DNA of 64,000 nucleotides from Antedon mediterranea (Eukaryota > Animalia > Echinodermata), in contig NC_092675.1 of the NCBI RefSeq assembly GCF_964355755.1, positions 21,362,912 to 21,426,911 of the forward strand, in the 5' to 3' direction. How positions within the stretch are numbered: position 1 is the stretch's first letter; each line of letters begins with the position of its first letter. This document shows, in pieces, positions 1 through 16,129 of this stretch. The notes below the pieces were generated by a model. That model searched no databases and was not told where the DNA came from. It was given only the letters and a program-made list of their open reading frames with translations. The position numbers and the translations under genes were made by a program.

Positions 1-70
1 AGATAATTTAAGAAAGTTAACATTGCATTGCTGTGTTCTTATCTTTTGTAATTATATTTTGCTGTTTTAG

Positions 71-3705
<3,635 letters not shown>

Positions 3706-4192
3706 AAATGAAGGTAATTTTTAGACGCACCGACAAAGAAAGAACTGATATATGTAACTGTTGCCCATTAATGCTGTCCTACCAAAGTGAATGTATAGAG
3801 TTTGAATGGATATTTTATTCAAATCAAACATCTGATTATGCCTACACTTCACATAGTTTGTTTAAATTGCATAAATGCATTAAGAAAACAGTGTAAACAG
3901 ACTACAAGTAATTGCCAGAGCATGGTAAGTACTTGTCAGTGTTATTTTACACATACTGTTAAACAATATTAGTCTAAGGTATCATGGTCAATTAGTTTCT
4001 TGAGCATCATGTCCTCACATGGAGCAGACCTATCATAATGTTATGTTAATATTTCTATATGATACATACTTTTTATCATTTTGTGAAGACATGTTAGTGT
4101 TTTAAATAAAACACAAGTGTGTTTCAAGTTCTCCCAAAAAAAACCAGAATATAAAAAATGAATGATCTACACTGAGAGTAATACCACTGAAT

Positions 4193-4507
4193 GAGCACTG
4201 TGGCACAGTGGTTAGAACCTCTTGATTGGACAATCAAGAGGTTGCCGGTTCAAGCCCCGACCCGGTCTTTGCAGTGTTAAGTCCTTGAGCAAGATTCTTC
4301 ATCCACATTGTTCGTCCTCACCCAGGTGAAAGAAATGGGTACCGGTATGTAAAAAGTACTGGGAAGGTAAATCGGACTCGTTTGTGCGGGAGGAGTGGCG
4401 TACAAACAAACACACTTATTGGGAGTCTGGCCCAAATGCTAAAGAAATAAAGATAGGCACCGCGGCTGTTATCATTAGCTTAGGTTTCGACTTTACCTTT
4501 ACCTTAC
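4193..4507 (+). mobile_element. tRNA-derived SINE with CORE/V-like central domain
   Basis: A box TGGCACAGTGG and B box GGTTCAAGCC, then GTCCTTGAGCAAGA and CACCCAGGTG...AAATGGGTACCGG, ending in a (CTTTAC/CTTAC)n tail. Confidence 0.8.
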
Positions 4508-5072
4508 AGAGTATCTAGAAAGAAACACAAATTAATATTGTATTATCATTGGCATATTTATGTATTCTCCAATATGTAAATATTGATTTTTTTGTGGTGG
4601 AACTGTAAAACAGCTATTATCCAATCATTTTTTTTAGATTGTAAATTAATGTATAGTAAACTGTATTGAATAAATACAAAACATTTTACAAAAAGGCTAA
4701 TTTGTTTGAGTGAAAAACATCTGTTTGTGTTAAAATACAGTATTTGCAATGCTACACAGCAAAAATGTAAATTTTCAGGTATGTTTCATGGAAATGATAT
4801 TTGCTTTGCTGCTGATTAGAGAAATGGTACTACAATACTAATTACATGAGTTATGTAGGCCTGTCAATTAAAAGGGTGGTAAATTCATGTCGATTTATTT
4901 ATTCTTAATGGTGGTGTATTCATGTAAAAGTTTGATTTTTAAAGACGGTAAAAAAAGTCTAGGACGTAACGTACAATGATCGTGGGACGTGTAGTAAGCA
5001 ACGTAATTCACATGACGTAACGAAATGCATGTATGACGTATCGTACGTAGGACGTGAAGCCAATGCAACTAA

Positions 5073-5553
5073 AGCTTGGTTCCCACTAGAACGTACGGTA
5101 ACGCAAGGACGTAAACGCAACGCAAGCGTTTTAACCAATGACAAGCGTTTTAACCAATGACAAGCGAAGTTATAGACAGTTAGCAATTACAAGCGAATAA
5201 GCCATCGCTTGTGATTGGTGAATTCAATTGCGTTGCGTTACGTCCTTGCGTTGCGTCGCTAGTGGGAACCACGCTTAAAGCTTGTTTCCCACTAGAACGT
5301 AACGCAAGGACGTAAACGCAACGCAAGCGTTTTAACCAATGACAAGCGAAGTTATAGACAGTTAGCAATCAAAAGCGAATAAGCCATTGCTTGTGATTGT
5401 TCAATTCACTTGCGTTGCGTTACGTCCTTGCGTTGCGTCGCTAGTGGGAACCACGCTTTAGCAATCACAAGCGAATAAGCCATCGCTTGTGATTGGTCAA
5501 TTCACTTGCGTTGCGTTACGTCCTTGCGTTGCGTCGCTAGTGGGAACCACGCT
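5073..5553. mobile_element. Tandem array of PIF/Harbinger-type MITEs: two full copies (5073-5275, 5279-5457) plus a 3' half copy (5458-5553)
   Basis: TIRs AGCTTGGTTCCCACTAG ... CTAGTGGGAACCACGCT with inner GCAAGGACGTAA/TTACGTCCTTGC symmetry; TAA or TTA trinucleotide at the junctions, the Harbinger TSD type. Confidence 0.8.
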
Positions 5554-5574
5554 TTAGACGCAATATATGTAACG

Positions 5575-7318
5575 TAATAATAATAATAATAATAAGATTT
5601 TTATAGCGCACATACCACTCCAGAGTGCTCAAGGCGCATTTAAAAATAAAAAAGAAATAAATCATACAAATTCCTGGCAAATAAAATGCAATTTCTTTGG
5701 AGGGTCCCCATCCGTTGTCATTCTGTCGCGGTCCCGGACCCCTACCTAGGTGACCAAACAAAGGAGCAGGATACACATTTGCCTTGCCACAGACGACCGG
5801 GTGCTCAGAGACAACAACCAAGACAGAGGCACCCCAAAGAGAATGCTGGCCAGGAAAAGGTATACAAAACAATTCTAAGTCTAAACAACTTTAAGAAACC
5901 TCATGATTTCCATATGCCTTAATGAATAAATGTGTTTTTAATAATTTTTTAAAAGTATCAACAGTTTTGCAAAATCTTATAGAGCTCGGTAGAGCATTCC
6001 ACAGACGAGGAGCAGTAACGGAGAATGCTCTGTCACCCCATGAGTGGTGAGACTTAGGCTGATGTAGAAGCAGCGAGTCACTAGAGCGCAGATTACGTCC
6101 GGGAACATACAGCCTAAGCATGTCAGAAATATATTCAGGAGCCATGCCATTTATAGACTTAAAAACAAAGAGTAATATTTTAAAAACAATGCGGTACCTA
6201 ACAGGGAGCCAATGCAATATTTCCAAAGTATTTGATATGTGTCCATATCTTGGTAATTTTTTAACAACTCGTGCCGCTGTATTTTGAATCAGTTGGAGCC
6301 TGTGGAGTTGTTTTTGTGGTAGCCCGTATAGCAAAGAGTTTCCCATATCTAGTCGTGAAGTGACAAAAGCATGAACAAGTTGTTTAGCTGCTGTCTCATT
6401 TATAAACTTACGAATCCTTCGAATGTTTCGCAAGTGAAAAGACGACGCAGAAATAGTTTTTGAGATATGAGAAATCATAGTCATACCCACATCCATTTCA
6501 ACCCCAAGATTTCTAACCTGCCTAGCCGGGTCAATTTGGGTTTCACCAATGTGAATAAAGCTTGGTGGCAGTTTTTCCAACTGCTGTTTTGATCCAAAGA
6601 GAACAAATTCTGTTTTTTCATCATTTAATTTAAGAAAGTTGTTTTTCATCCAGACACGCAATTCATAGATACAATGTTGGAGCAATTCCAAAGAAATGTC
6701 ACTGTGTTTCATAGTAGGTTTAAAAGAAATATAAATCTGAGTATCATCAGCATAAACATGATAGCACAGATCATATTTACTTATGATATCCCGTATCGGG
6801 TGTAAATAAATAGTAAACCATTGCGGCCCAAGAACAGATCCTTGTGGTACCGAAAAGTTTAGAAAAGAAGCTTTTGAAATAGCATCACCAATACATACGT
6901 GTTGAGGTCGTTTTTCCAAATATGACCGACACCAATCAAGTGCATTTCCTTCAATACCAATATAAGTACTGAGTCTATTTAGCAACACAGAATGATCAAC
7001 CGTATCAAATGCTGCACTTAAATCTAATAATACTAGAGCAGTTAGCTTTCCATCATCCATCCCACGTAGGATGTCATTATTTACACGAAGTAATGCCGTT
7101 TCAGTACTGTGATGCGCTTTGTAGGCAGATTGATACGGATCAAGTAGGCCATGTTTTTGTACATGCGACAAAATCCGTTTAGAAACAACCTTCTCAATTA
7201 TTTTTCCTAAAAAACTAAGATTCGAGATAGGTCTGTAGTTTTTCAGAATCTCGGGATCTAGACCTGTTTTTTTCAATGTGGGTCGAACATGGGTGACTTT
7301 TAGAGACTCTGGGAAAGA
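5575..7318 (-). mobile_element. 5'-truncated L2-clade (CR1/Jockey group) non-LTR retrotransposon
   Basis: Open RT frame, an approximately 300-bp 3' UTR ending in GCGCCTTGAG...GCGCTATAAAA (L2-type 3' stem-loop) and an (ATT)n tail at about 5575-5597. No endonuclease domain or ORF1 present. Confidence 0.9.
5891..7318 (-). CDS. Reverse transcriptase ORF2 fragment of an L2 LINE
   Basis: Track ORF 5891-7447 contains NYRPISNL, HSTETAL, LLDLSAAFDTVDH, VPQGSVLGP, YADDTQ, LKLNDEKTE, HWLPVRYRI and GDRAFSVTAPRLWNALP. RT similarity starts at about FPESLK (near 7318); the ~43 residues upstream are flank read-through. Confidence 0.88.
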   Translation of the reverse strand, partial: SFPESLKVTHVRPTLKKTGLDPEILKNYRPISNLSFLGKIIEKVVSKRILSHVQKHGLLDPYQSAYKAHHSTETALLRVNNDILRGMDDGKLTALVLLDLSAAFDTVDHSVLLNRLSTYIGIEGNALDWCRSYLEKRPQHVCIGDAISKASFLNFSVPQGSVLGPQWFTIYLHPIRDIISKYDLCYHVYADDTQIYISFKPTMKHSDISLELLQHCIYELRVWMKNNFLKLNDEKTEFVLFGSKQQLEKLPPSFIHIGETQIDPARQVRNLGVEMDVGMTMISHISKTISASSFHLRNIRRIRKFINETAAKQLVHAFVTSRLDMGNSLLYGLPQKQLHRLQLIQNTAARVVKKLPRYGHISNTLEILHWLPVRYRIVFKILLFVFKSINGMAPEYISDMLRLYVPGRNLRSSDSLLLHQPKSHHSWGDRAFSVTAPRLWNALPSSIRFCKTVDTFKKLLKTHLFIKAYGNHEVS

Positions 7319-8937
7319 GTAGACATGAGCGCGGTTTTCTAGAACGCGCTGCATGTACGTAGCGGTGAAGGCGAGAATGGCGTAGACGACAGTGTGACAC
7401 AGCCGAATATCGCAAGCATTCTCTGCAAATTCGACGTAGACACACATTTACATAATCAAACGTATTGTAGACAAAATATTGTTATTACAATTAATTATGT
7501 AATATCGAATTCATTATACAAGTATCGACCACCAAGCAAGTCGATACGAATCTATTCGCTAGCTCATTTACATAATTACAGTACATCAATATTAATGATT
7601 TAATCTCATATTTCCCTTCGAGCGGTAGGCTATTCATCAGATACAAATTATTCTCAGTAGAGATAAACTTTATCTACAGTACGAGCTTGTTTAAAAAAGA
7701 TTTGAACCGAACATGTGTGTCATAGGCGTGTTGCACGCATGCGCATATGCATTTATTATCGCTTACCGGTCCCGAAACGTTATATAGAGTAGGCCTATTT
7801 CACCTTTCCTACAGCTGATTACGATTGTGCAACTAAACAATTTATGGCACATTTGACGGGACATTTGATGAAGGTTGTTTCCTTTAATATAGGCCTACGA
7901 GTTATAAAGAAATACAGTTCAACGCGAAAGGCAAAAATGAGACGTTCAGCTGACCTTTGTGACAGAACAGAAAACATCATTTTAGATTAGTGGGATTAAA
8001 AAATCATACAAATGCGGCCTAAGTGCTTCTTAAAAACCATAAAGAGATTAAAATCAGAAATCTCGATTATTGAGTTACAATTTTACAAGGTCATGTATTA
8101 GAACAAAACATCTTGCTCGAACGATAAATGAATAATAACTTTACGATACGTCCAAAATTAACCACCAAAATAGGAACATTCCGAGCACTGATTGGGTATT
8201 TTTTCCGTGTTTTGAGTTATAAACAATTTGTATGCGGCCTATCCAGTTAGAATTATTCTCAAGCTCGTTCATATTTTTAGGATAGAGAGATGTTATATAA
8301 ATTAACACGTCCATTGATAGATGTTTCTTTATTATTGTCAACATGATGTAATTGAAATAATTATATAGTATGTGTATTGTGTGATGACTTGAAGTCCATC
8401 AAATAAGGCCTTGCTTATTGTTTTATTTTTCATTTTCCATATGTTAATTAGCTGCATTGACAATTATAATATTTCCCTTGGTATTATTGTTTATAGCTAT
8501 ATCAAAAATGGTATTATTTCCGCTGTTAACCTTCATCAAATAATTTAATACCGTATCTATGCGCTGCGTTGACTCATCAGACTTTTACCTCTGCAAGTAA
8601 CTGTGTCAATACGAACCATGTTGTTTATTTTACAAGGATATACATTATTATAATAAGGGACAAACATCATGTGATCTGTCGAGGTCAGATATAGCTTCAC
8701 TGGATTTTGGCTTATAGATGATTCTTTCCTGAAACTGCTTGCGACGTGCCAATAAATCAAGAGGTATGTAGGCCTACACGACAGTAATGTTACTGTGGGA
8801 AGAGTGAATATTGGTTATAGGGTAACGATTGAATTGAACATTATAATGTTGCATGTAATCGAGTGTCAAAAGTCAAATGCTTAACATATTTAAGTACAGG
8901 TAATACAGGTCTACTATTAACTGATAACTTATCTTAA

Positions 8938-9271
8938 AGATGTATTGTCCCCCTGAAAAAATAATTTTTTACATTTTTTTGTTGTTGAATGTGCTATTTT
9001 ATTGTCACATAATAGTTATCCACTTTGAAAAAAAATTGAATAAAAAAAAATGTATTTACCTGAAAAAACTGTAATTTAAAGCAAAATATAGTCAAATTGA
9101 CTGCCAGCCAATAGGTTTTTGGTTGAATTTGACAATTTTTTTCATTTTATGTGAGAAAACATTATTTTTTTTTTCACGGAAGGGATTAAAATTATTATTA
9201 TTATTAAAACTACAAAATAACCTATTCAAAGTTAATTTTCATTTTTCATGTTTTTGGGGGACAATACATCT
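8938..9271. mobile_element. Non-autonomous Kolobok-like DNA transposon (MITE) with TTAA TSD
   Basis: TTAA (8934-8937), then AGATGTATTGTCCCCC ... GGGGGACAATACATCT, then TTAA (9272-9275). Perfect 16-bp TIR with AG..CT termini. Confidence 0.85.
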
Positions 9272-9340
9272 TTAAATAAACTTGACTCTTCAAGACAAAA
9301 TTCATAATTTTTTTCTTTAAACCAGACTACTGCTACCAAA

Positions 9341-10237
9341 ATGGCGTCAAACGAAGTAGAACCTGTGCGAGTGATGGTTTGGATGGTTCCTCGAACACTA
9401 TCCACTGTCTTCCTCAAATCGATGAGCAATCTGGATCGGGTCAAGATCATATCTGAGCCGTTCACGTGTGCATCTGCTTTTGGTCCAGAACGACTTTTGA
9501 AGGGTGCTGCAGAAGGCTTTGTGGATACTGTATCTGATATTAGTTCAAAAGCCGAAATGGACATGGGTCTGGATCACAATCTTTACACTTACAAGTGGGT
9601 CAAAGAGTCGCTCTTGGAAGGAACATATCCCGGCAAAGTGGCCGTAGTATGTAAAGATACAGCAATGAGCATTCCAAGAGATAAATACAATATGATCCCA
9701 CGTGGATATAGACATGCCTTCATGATACGACATCCAAACAAACTTTTCAAATCTTGGAACAAGATGTTTGCAGCAATGATGCCGCACCTTGGGGAGGGTT
9801 TCTTATTCTCTGAAATGTTAAAAGCATCTGGGGCAGAAGGGTATGGCTTCAAAGAGCTGTTTGATCTTTACGAATATGTGAAGAAGAGTGGTCTAGAAAG
9901 GAACCCAATCATTATCGATTCTGATGACTTGCTTATGGACCCAGAAGGGATTCTTCGAAAATTCTGCAAGAGTTCAGGTCTTCAGTATACAGATAAGCTA
10001 TTGAAATTCGAAGCTGGTGATGGGGTCGTGAAGCAATGGGCAGCGTCGAAGGTTCAGCTGCAAGCCAACAAGGCCGTATACGGTGTTTACCAGGCTGCAT
10101 TTGATAGTACGTGCTTCAAGAAGCCTACTAACATGGATCCTCCTCCACGATCTGAGTTCTCCGAAGATTTGCTTGAGTGTATTGATGTGTCGATGCCATA
10201 TTATGAAAAGCTGTATGCCGATCGATTAACGGTGTAA
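9341..10237 (+). CDS. Sulfotransferase-like protein (Sulfotransfer_5 / BCAT-like N-terminal domain family), paralog 1, 298 aa
   Basis: Single uninterrupted ORF with WMVPRTLST (5'-PSB-like loop), FMIRHP....S (3'-PB-like) and IIDSDDLLMDPEGILRKFC. Good Kozak context AAAATGG; splice acceptor CAG at 9323-9325. Confidence 0.85.
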   Translation: MASNEVEPVRVMVWMVPRTLSTVFLKSMSNLDRVKIISEPFTCASAFGPERLLKGAAEGFVDTVSDISSKAEMDMGLDHNLYTYKWVKESLLEGTYPGKVAVVCKDTAMSIPRDKYNMIPRGYRHAFMIRHPNKLFKSWNKMFAAMMPHLGEGFLFSEMLKASGAEGYGFKELFDLYEYVKKSGLERNPIIIDSDDLLMDPEGILRKFCKSSGLQYTDKLLKFEAGDGVVKQWAASKVQLQANKAVYGVYQAAFDSTCFKKPTNMDPPPRSEFSEDLLECIDVSMPYYEKLYADRLTV

Positions 10238-10353
10238 TGAGACTAGGCCTACTTTGCAACGTTACTTATTAGTTTGCTCTAATTATTTATAAATCATACT
10301 GTCAAATTATAGAAACAGTGCTCATATTCGGAACATGATCTCATAATCGCGTC

Positions 10354-10438
10354 GAGCATAGCTCATTGGCGAAAGCTCCGTATTTTTCTTAGTTATATGA
10401 AAAATGTCTCAGACGGGATTCGAACCTGCGACCTCTCG
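10354..10438. mobile_element. tRNA-related SINE fragment(s)
   Basis: A-box-like TAGCTCATTGG on + and a reverse B box GGATTCGAACCTGCGACCTC; no cloverleaf. Confidence 0.4.
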
Positions 10439-12321
10439 TAGTTTACTCTTACCCTTTTTGACTGGTAAAGTGACCGTAATGTATAACGAATAGAATAAAA
10501 GAATAGATCAAACTTTTTAATATAAATTCTTTTTAGAGAAAATGTCATTTTTATTGACTGTAAGTGTTGTTTAAGCTTTGTATATATACAACTAGGCCTA
10601 CGTGATAAGGATGCGTTTGTGTGTTGAAAACAATATGAATAACAAATCTGAAAGTTCGGTTATACCGGACGGTAAATTACCATCATTGATAATGATTTGT
10701 AATAGTTAAACAAAATGAGCGGTTTTTTAAAATACAGTGTAGGCCTACCGGTATTACATTGCGTAGACTGGTTAGGATTATCGTTCCTACTTCACTTATA
10801 GAATTTCCATCATGCCAAAAATAAGAAAAAAAAAATTACAAGGATGTGGGTTTTATGCGGAGACTGCTTAATTATTATGCCTTACTGTATGTCATCGTGA
10901 TTCTAGGAAACCCACTTCCTGTAAGCCAGACACTTAAACGGTGAAGACATCTTTTAGTTTAAGGTTATTATTTTGGCCAACAACTAAACAACTTATATCA
11001 ATGTGCAGCTGGTAACCCTTGTTAATTTACATACTTGACCATGCAATTGCCGTGTCCCAATATCCCAGTGTATTGTAATATTAAGTTTATACTGTGATAC
11101 TCTATCAGAATTATCTTGATAACTGCAAATTGTAAATTAAATATACAGTAGCGATAATCATCTAAATGGTTGATTGGTTTATGCCTGCGATTACATGACT
11201 ATATACTATAAAGTTGCCCAATACTTGGAATTACACAGTGTGGCGGTGATCGCACCAACATAGACCATAGAAAAACATACAAGAAATCCAGAATTAGAAA
11301 GAATCGGCAGTTTGAGGCACAATAAAAACACATGAATTCGTTAGTATCCTACTGTGGCTTCAATCGCTCGTTCCGTTTAAATGAATAATGTATGCAGAAC
11401 TAATAGGAATATAGCTGCCATTCTGAAGCTTACAATTCATTTTTCTTAATCGTAAGACTAAAATGCCATTCTCCATATAGGCCTACAATAAGCACAATAC
11501 AGGAATCAATTAATATAAACCTATCGGTTCGACGGTTTGTACCTAGGCCTACTAATGTCTGATTCTTTGGTAATATGTTTCATTTACTCTAATACTTTGG
11601 TTATAATTAATATAAGTCCTATTTATCTGAGAAGTGCGCAAGCCTGTCCTAAGGATATACATTTCTCGGATACATATCATTCCTCGACGTTTACTGATTA
11701 TTATAATGAACATGGTAAATCAGCTGTTATACCACAAAACATCCCGACTAATCTACTATAGATTATTTTAAAAAAAGATTCAGCTATGGTTACCGTTTTA
11801 GTTTGATTGTGGGTCGCTCAATTTTTCAAGTAAAAACACTATGTAGGCTAACACTACTTTGTCACTAGAAAGTCCGACTACTAGGCCTACAGCTACTACT
11901 AGAAGAGGGCGGGGAAGATAATAAGGTAATAAGGATTAGAAGTATCTAAGCTTGGGGGAAAGATGTCAAGGGTCATTGCACCAAAGAAGTATATACTTGT
12001 TTAGGAATAACCGATGTCCGAGGGTTTCAATGCATGATCTCATCGACATGAATATGGTTATGATTTAATAAATAACATTTGAAAAAAATAATAAAATCCT
12101 CCTCGGCGGTTAAGAGCCAGTTATTTATTCGTAGAACACAGTACACTGTCCTCTGCACGTCCGGTTCATTAATAAAAAGTAAATGAGACACAAGTCAACC
12201 GAATCGGAGCATGATACGAACTAACTTACAAAACTAGCATAATCATATTGGATTTAACACCTATGAGCATGAATGATATTAATTAAATTGGCGCCTGTTT
12301 CCATTACATCCAGGTGCTCAG

Positions 12322-12525
12322 CGCCAACCAATCAGAGTTGCTGTTATACCTAATAAAACCTCGCCTTATTTAGGTTATGTCTCCATCTGAAAGTTGAATC
12401 AGTGTTCGTAAACAGACTGCAAGTAGTTCTGTATGTTGAAACTGTAGTTACACTCGGTACTTTTAATCATCATCATAATATTGTTTTCATCAGTCAACTA
12501 CGAGATCATCAGCTTATTGGTAAGT
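12322..12525 (+). promoter_or_regulatory. Possible promoter and non-coding first exon of sulfotransferase-like paralog 2
   Basis: CCAATCAG box near 12328, AT-rich TAATAAAA near 12351 and a strong donor TG|GTAAGT at 12520; the next acceptor before a CDS is at 16119. Confidence 0.3.
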
Positions 12526-15500
12526 AATATTTCCAATTTATAATTTAATCTTAACATATGCCATTTATATACTATCGGTAGAAGCGTGAACGTTAAGCAA
12601 TATTATCTATGTTATTGTTATCACGATTAGGCCTAATATAAGCTGTATCGGCCTACTTTTTTCCCCTTCAATATTTATTTCCTAATATATGTGTCCCCTG
12701 GATGGGGGTGTCCCAATTAGAAAGGTAAGTTTCTGTTATGTACACAATAATTTAAGCATGGACCTATAAAATAGCACGCATACAGTATTCTTTTTTTGGT
12801 GGTGGTGGGGGAGGGGGGCATTGATAATAGGTCTAATAGTGAGGATCGTGTTTGTATATATAAAATATACAGAATATTCAATATTTATATTATCGTAGGC
12901 CTATTCAGCTTTGATGTGTACTGTCGTATCATCATCAATCTGTTCAAAAACTTGTCCTAGGTTCTTCACCAATATACAGACCGTATTCAGATCTCAAAAG
13001 CAGGACAATTCTAAAACTTAAAGGAGGATTCTTGGAGAGTGAGTTAAACCGACTATAGGTCCATGTCTTATTTGGGGAGTGAGGAGTCATAATCGTCATC
13101 TTCCATCGGAAACCAACAGTTAATCGGTATGGTCATTATGCATTATTGCCATTCTCATTAGTATTGAATAAATTATTCAGTCTATATACATTCGATCGTC
13201 AATTCGAACATAAACCATTATCTCATGAATTCCAGAGGGAATTCTTTTTGCCGACAATGCAGTTCGAAAATATAGATTAGATAGAGAAAAATAAGATTCT
13301 AGGTCTAGTCCATACATTGTTAAACTGACATACACCAATGCAAAGTAACCTGATATAACTTTCGACAACATAAATCGCCCACAAAGCATTTGTTGTAGGT
13401 CTACTAGTCCTAGTACTATAACTGTACCATAGAATTATGAGTACGAACTACATTATGTCCGGCCCCTGTGGCATATTTTCTTATGGGTGATGTGTGGAGC
13501 TCGGGTTAGGGTAACTCCTGCATTCTGTCGATGGACGAGGCAATGAGAGAAGCAAGTCTCTTGAACCAGTCTCTGATTATCTTATTATACCACGCTGCAG
13601 AGTCCAACTTGGCTTATTTGCTAGTACCGGTATATACACAGCCATGCACCAACTCAAACCCCACGAACGGTATCCTATATCTACGGACGTTGAAAGATGT
13701 GGTTCCATAATTCCAGTCAGTATAATGTTCATCAGAATCAGAATCACAATGCGATATATTTGATTTTTAGTTTTTAAATTAAAATATTCAGAGTTCCTGA
13801 TTTATGTGCGTGTTGTAGGCTAATAATGTTTTATGATTCATGAAATTGTGCAATGGTATGTTTCTTCGTATTATCAGCAAAAGGAAATTAAGCGCTACTT
13901 CCTTGTGTCACAACACAAGTAATAGTATACTTCAGATAGCTTACTAAGACTAGAGGATTTTCTGCCAGTGACGTAAAAACATTAGCTATTTAAAAAATTG
14001 ATTAAATTTAGTCTGTTAAGCCTACTCGATGAGGCAACCTGTACATGTATAAAACCACGGTTTTAGTTTTGAATCATGTAGCTTATAATGAACGCTAGTG
14101 ATATAGAGGTAGGGTTCTAATCCGTCTCTCAACCAACTTATGTTTCGTTTATAATGTGGTGGTAAGCTAAATAAGAGATAAAACGGCTCTATATGTCTTG
14201 ATTTGCTGACGCTAAAACCAATTAAGCAAAAAATAATAATAAAAAAAGAAAAGACAATTGTTTCTATTCACGAAACGGTTTAGAGTAATGACAATTATCA
14301 CTAGTTTGATTACCAGTGGGCCCACAAGATTGCAAAATGATGCGATGAACTTGAATCGAAAATATTTGTGACTTAACGGATTTTATAATAGTGCGTTCTT
14401 TGAACAGCTATGACATTGGTAAACATTAGGAAGATTTAAATACAAATGGGCAATGCTTTATTCGTTATAGCATTGTATTTTCCCATGGTATTACATTAGT
14501 CATTGAGTTCCTCTATTCTTTAAATCAGTTGAGAATATAAAAGTATTTTTACAGGAAAAAATACATCTTATGAAGGTAATAATTTCCGACGTACTGCTGT
14601 AAGGCCTATTATATATTTTCTTAGAAACGTTTGAAAAGGTTGTTTTTGGTTACGGGTTCTAGGAGAACGATGAACCAGCAATTAATGTTATTTATAGACG
14701 ACAAATAAGTTCGAAGGAAGGAAGGAATAAGCAAGTAGATCATCACCTTTAGTTTAAACAGGACGTAGTCAATACGTATACTGTATATAACGACGGTACA
14801 CACGGTCTAAACAGCTGTAAAATAGTAAAGTAAATTGTGTGTGGATCGTTAAAGGTAAGAGACATTAACGTTGCGTATGTAACCTGTGTATGTTGAATTT
14901 TTGTGTTATTGTTAAAGACCAGCTAATCTTACCTAGGCCTATAGGTAAATCATATCACTTAGGTTTAGTTGCACGATAGTTGGTATGTACTTATACACAC
15001 TATTCAAACGTAAAAATATTACTATTACTATTTTTATTTTTTCACCTTTTTTTGGTTCATTGATTGTGGTATATTATACATACCTTTAAACATGATATAT
15101 AGCACTGTAGCAGAACAACATTTATTTTTAACCAGTTTCTACAAGGTTGACTTATGAGATTTTGCTAATCTCGGCGGGCAAAAGACGCAGACGCTCATAA
15201 TATAATATATAAGTGACGTTTCCATTGGGGTTCGACTCGTGAGAAAATATCGTATTATTTTCAACAACACAATTATTTCTTGTCCTGCAACATGCACACC
15301 GATTAAACCATTAATAACAGAAAAATGATACAAATATTATTAATTAATTATTATTATTAATATTATTATTAATATGTTAGTATTGTTTGTCACTTGGATA
15401 TTGGTAAAAGAAACGGGAATATCAAGCTGGTGCTGACCCATACTCTTCTGGATGTATACAGTCTATCTCCCCCTCCAGCGCTCTCTCCTTTCCATCTTTT

Positions 15501-16129
15501 ATAGTTTTTTTCCAAAAATTCCAATACAAAACTTTTCCTTTCCGTCTTTTCACGCCGCCGTCCTTCGTCTGCTTTTGCCCTTCGTGTTTCTACTTAATTC
15601 AACTATGTTATAGGATTTGTCATTTCCATCGTTTGTTCTTAGCTTCCTCCCAATTTGCCTCGCGTACTTTTGAATATCAGTGTCGATTCTTTCAAGCAAT
15701 TCTTTCTCAAATCCATAATAACACTGAATGAAATGCATTAAATATATAGTGCTCTCTATTTTTTGTGTATTTATGTTGGAGGTTATAGTAGCGCGTATTC
15801 ACGCTTTATTTTGCTTTATGAGTCCTCGAGATACGTAAGTTAACTTACTTCATTATTGTGCTGGTTTGCCATCAATTTTAATTAATTTTTCTGATGTGCA
15901 CTGTGTGTGATTCTGCAACCACCTTGAGATAGATAGTGGAAAAACTATCGCAAATCACGAATCTATGTGACAGAGATAACAATGTATTAACGATACTTTC
16001 TAGACTCGTTTGATGACTTGCGACAGTTTGTCATAATTTACTTAGGGACAATTGCAGAATCGACTTTGAGAATAGATTGTTAATTTCATTAAATTTGTTT
16101 TGTCTTTTTTTCTCGTCAGTTAAATCAAG

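Noticed and set aside
4193-4265. tRNA gene (likewise 31924 and 61385)
   Set aside because: A and B boxes are present but there is no proper acceptor stem, and the sequence runs on into SINE body and tail.
7319-7447. N-terminal extension of the 518-aa RT ORF as a domesticated fusion gene
   Set aside because: The annotated start is a non-ATG codon in flanking DNA; chance read-through from a 5'-truncated LINE explains it.
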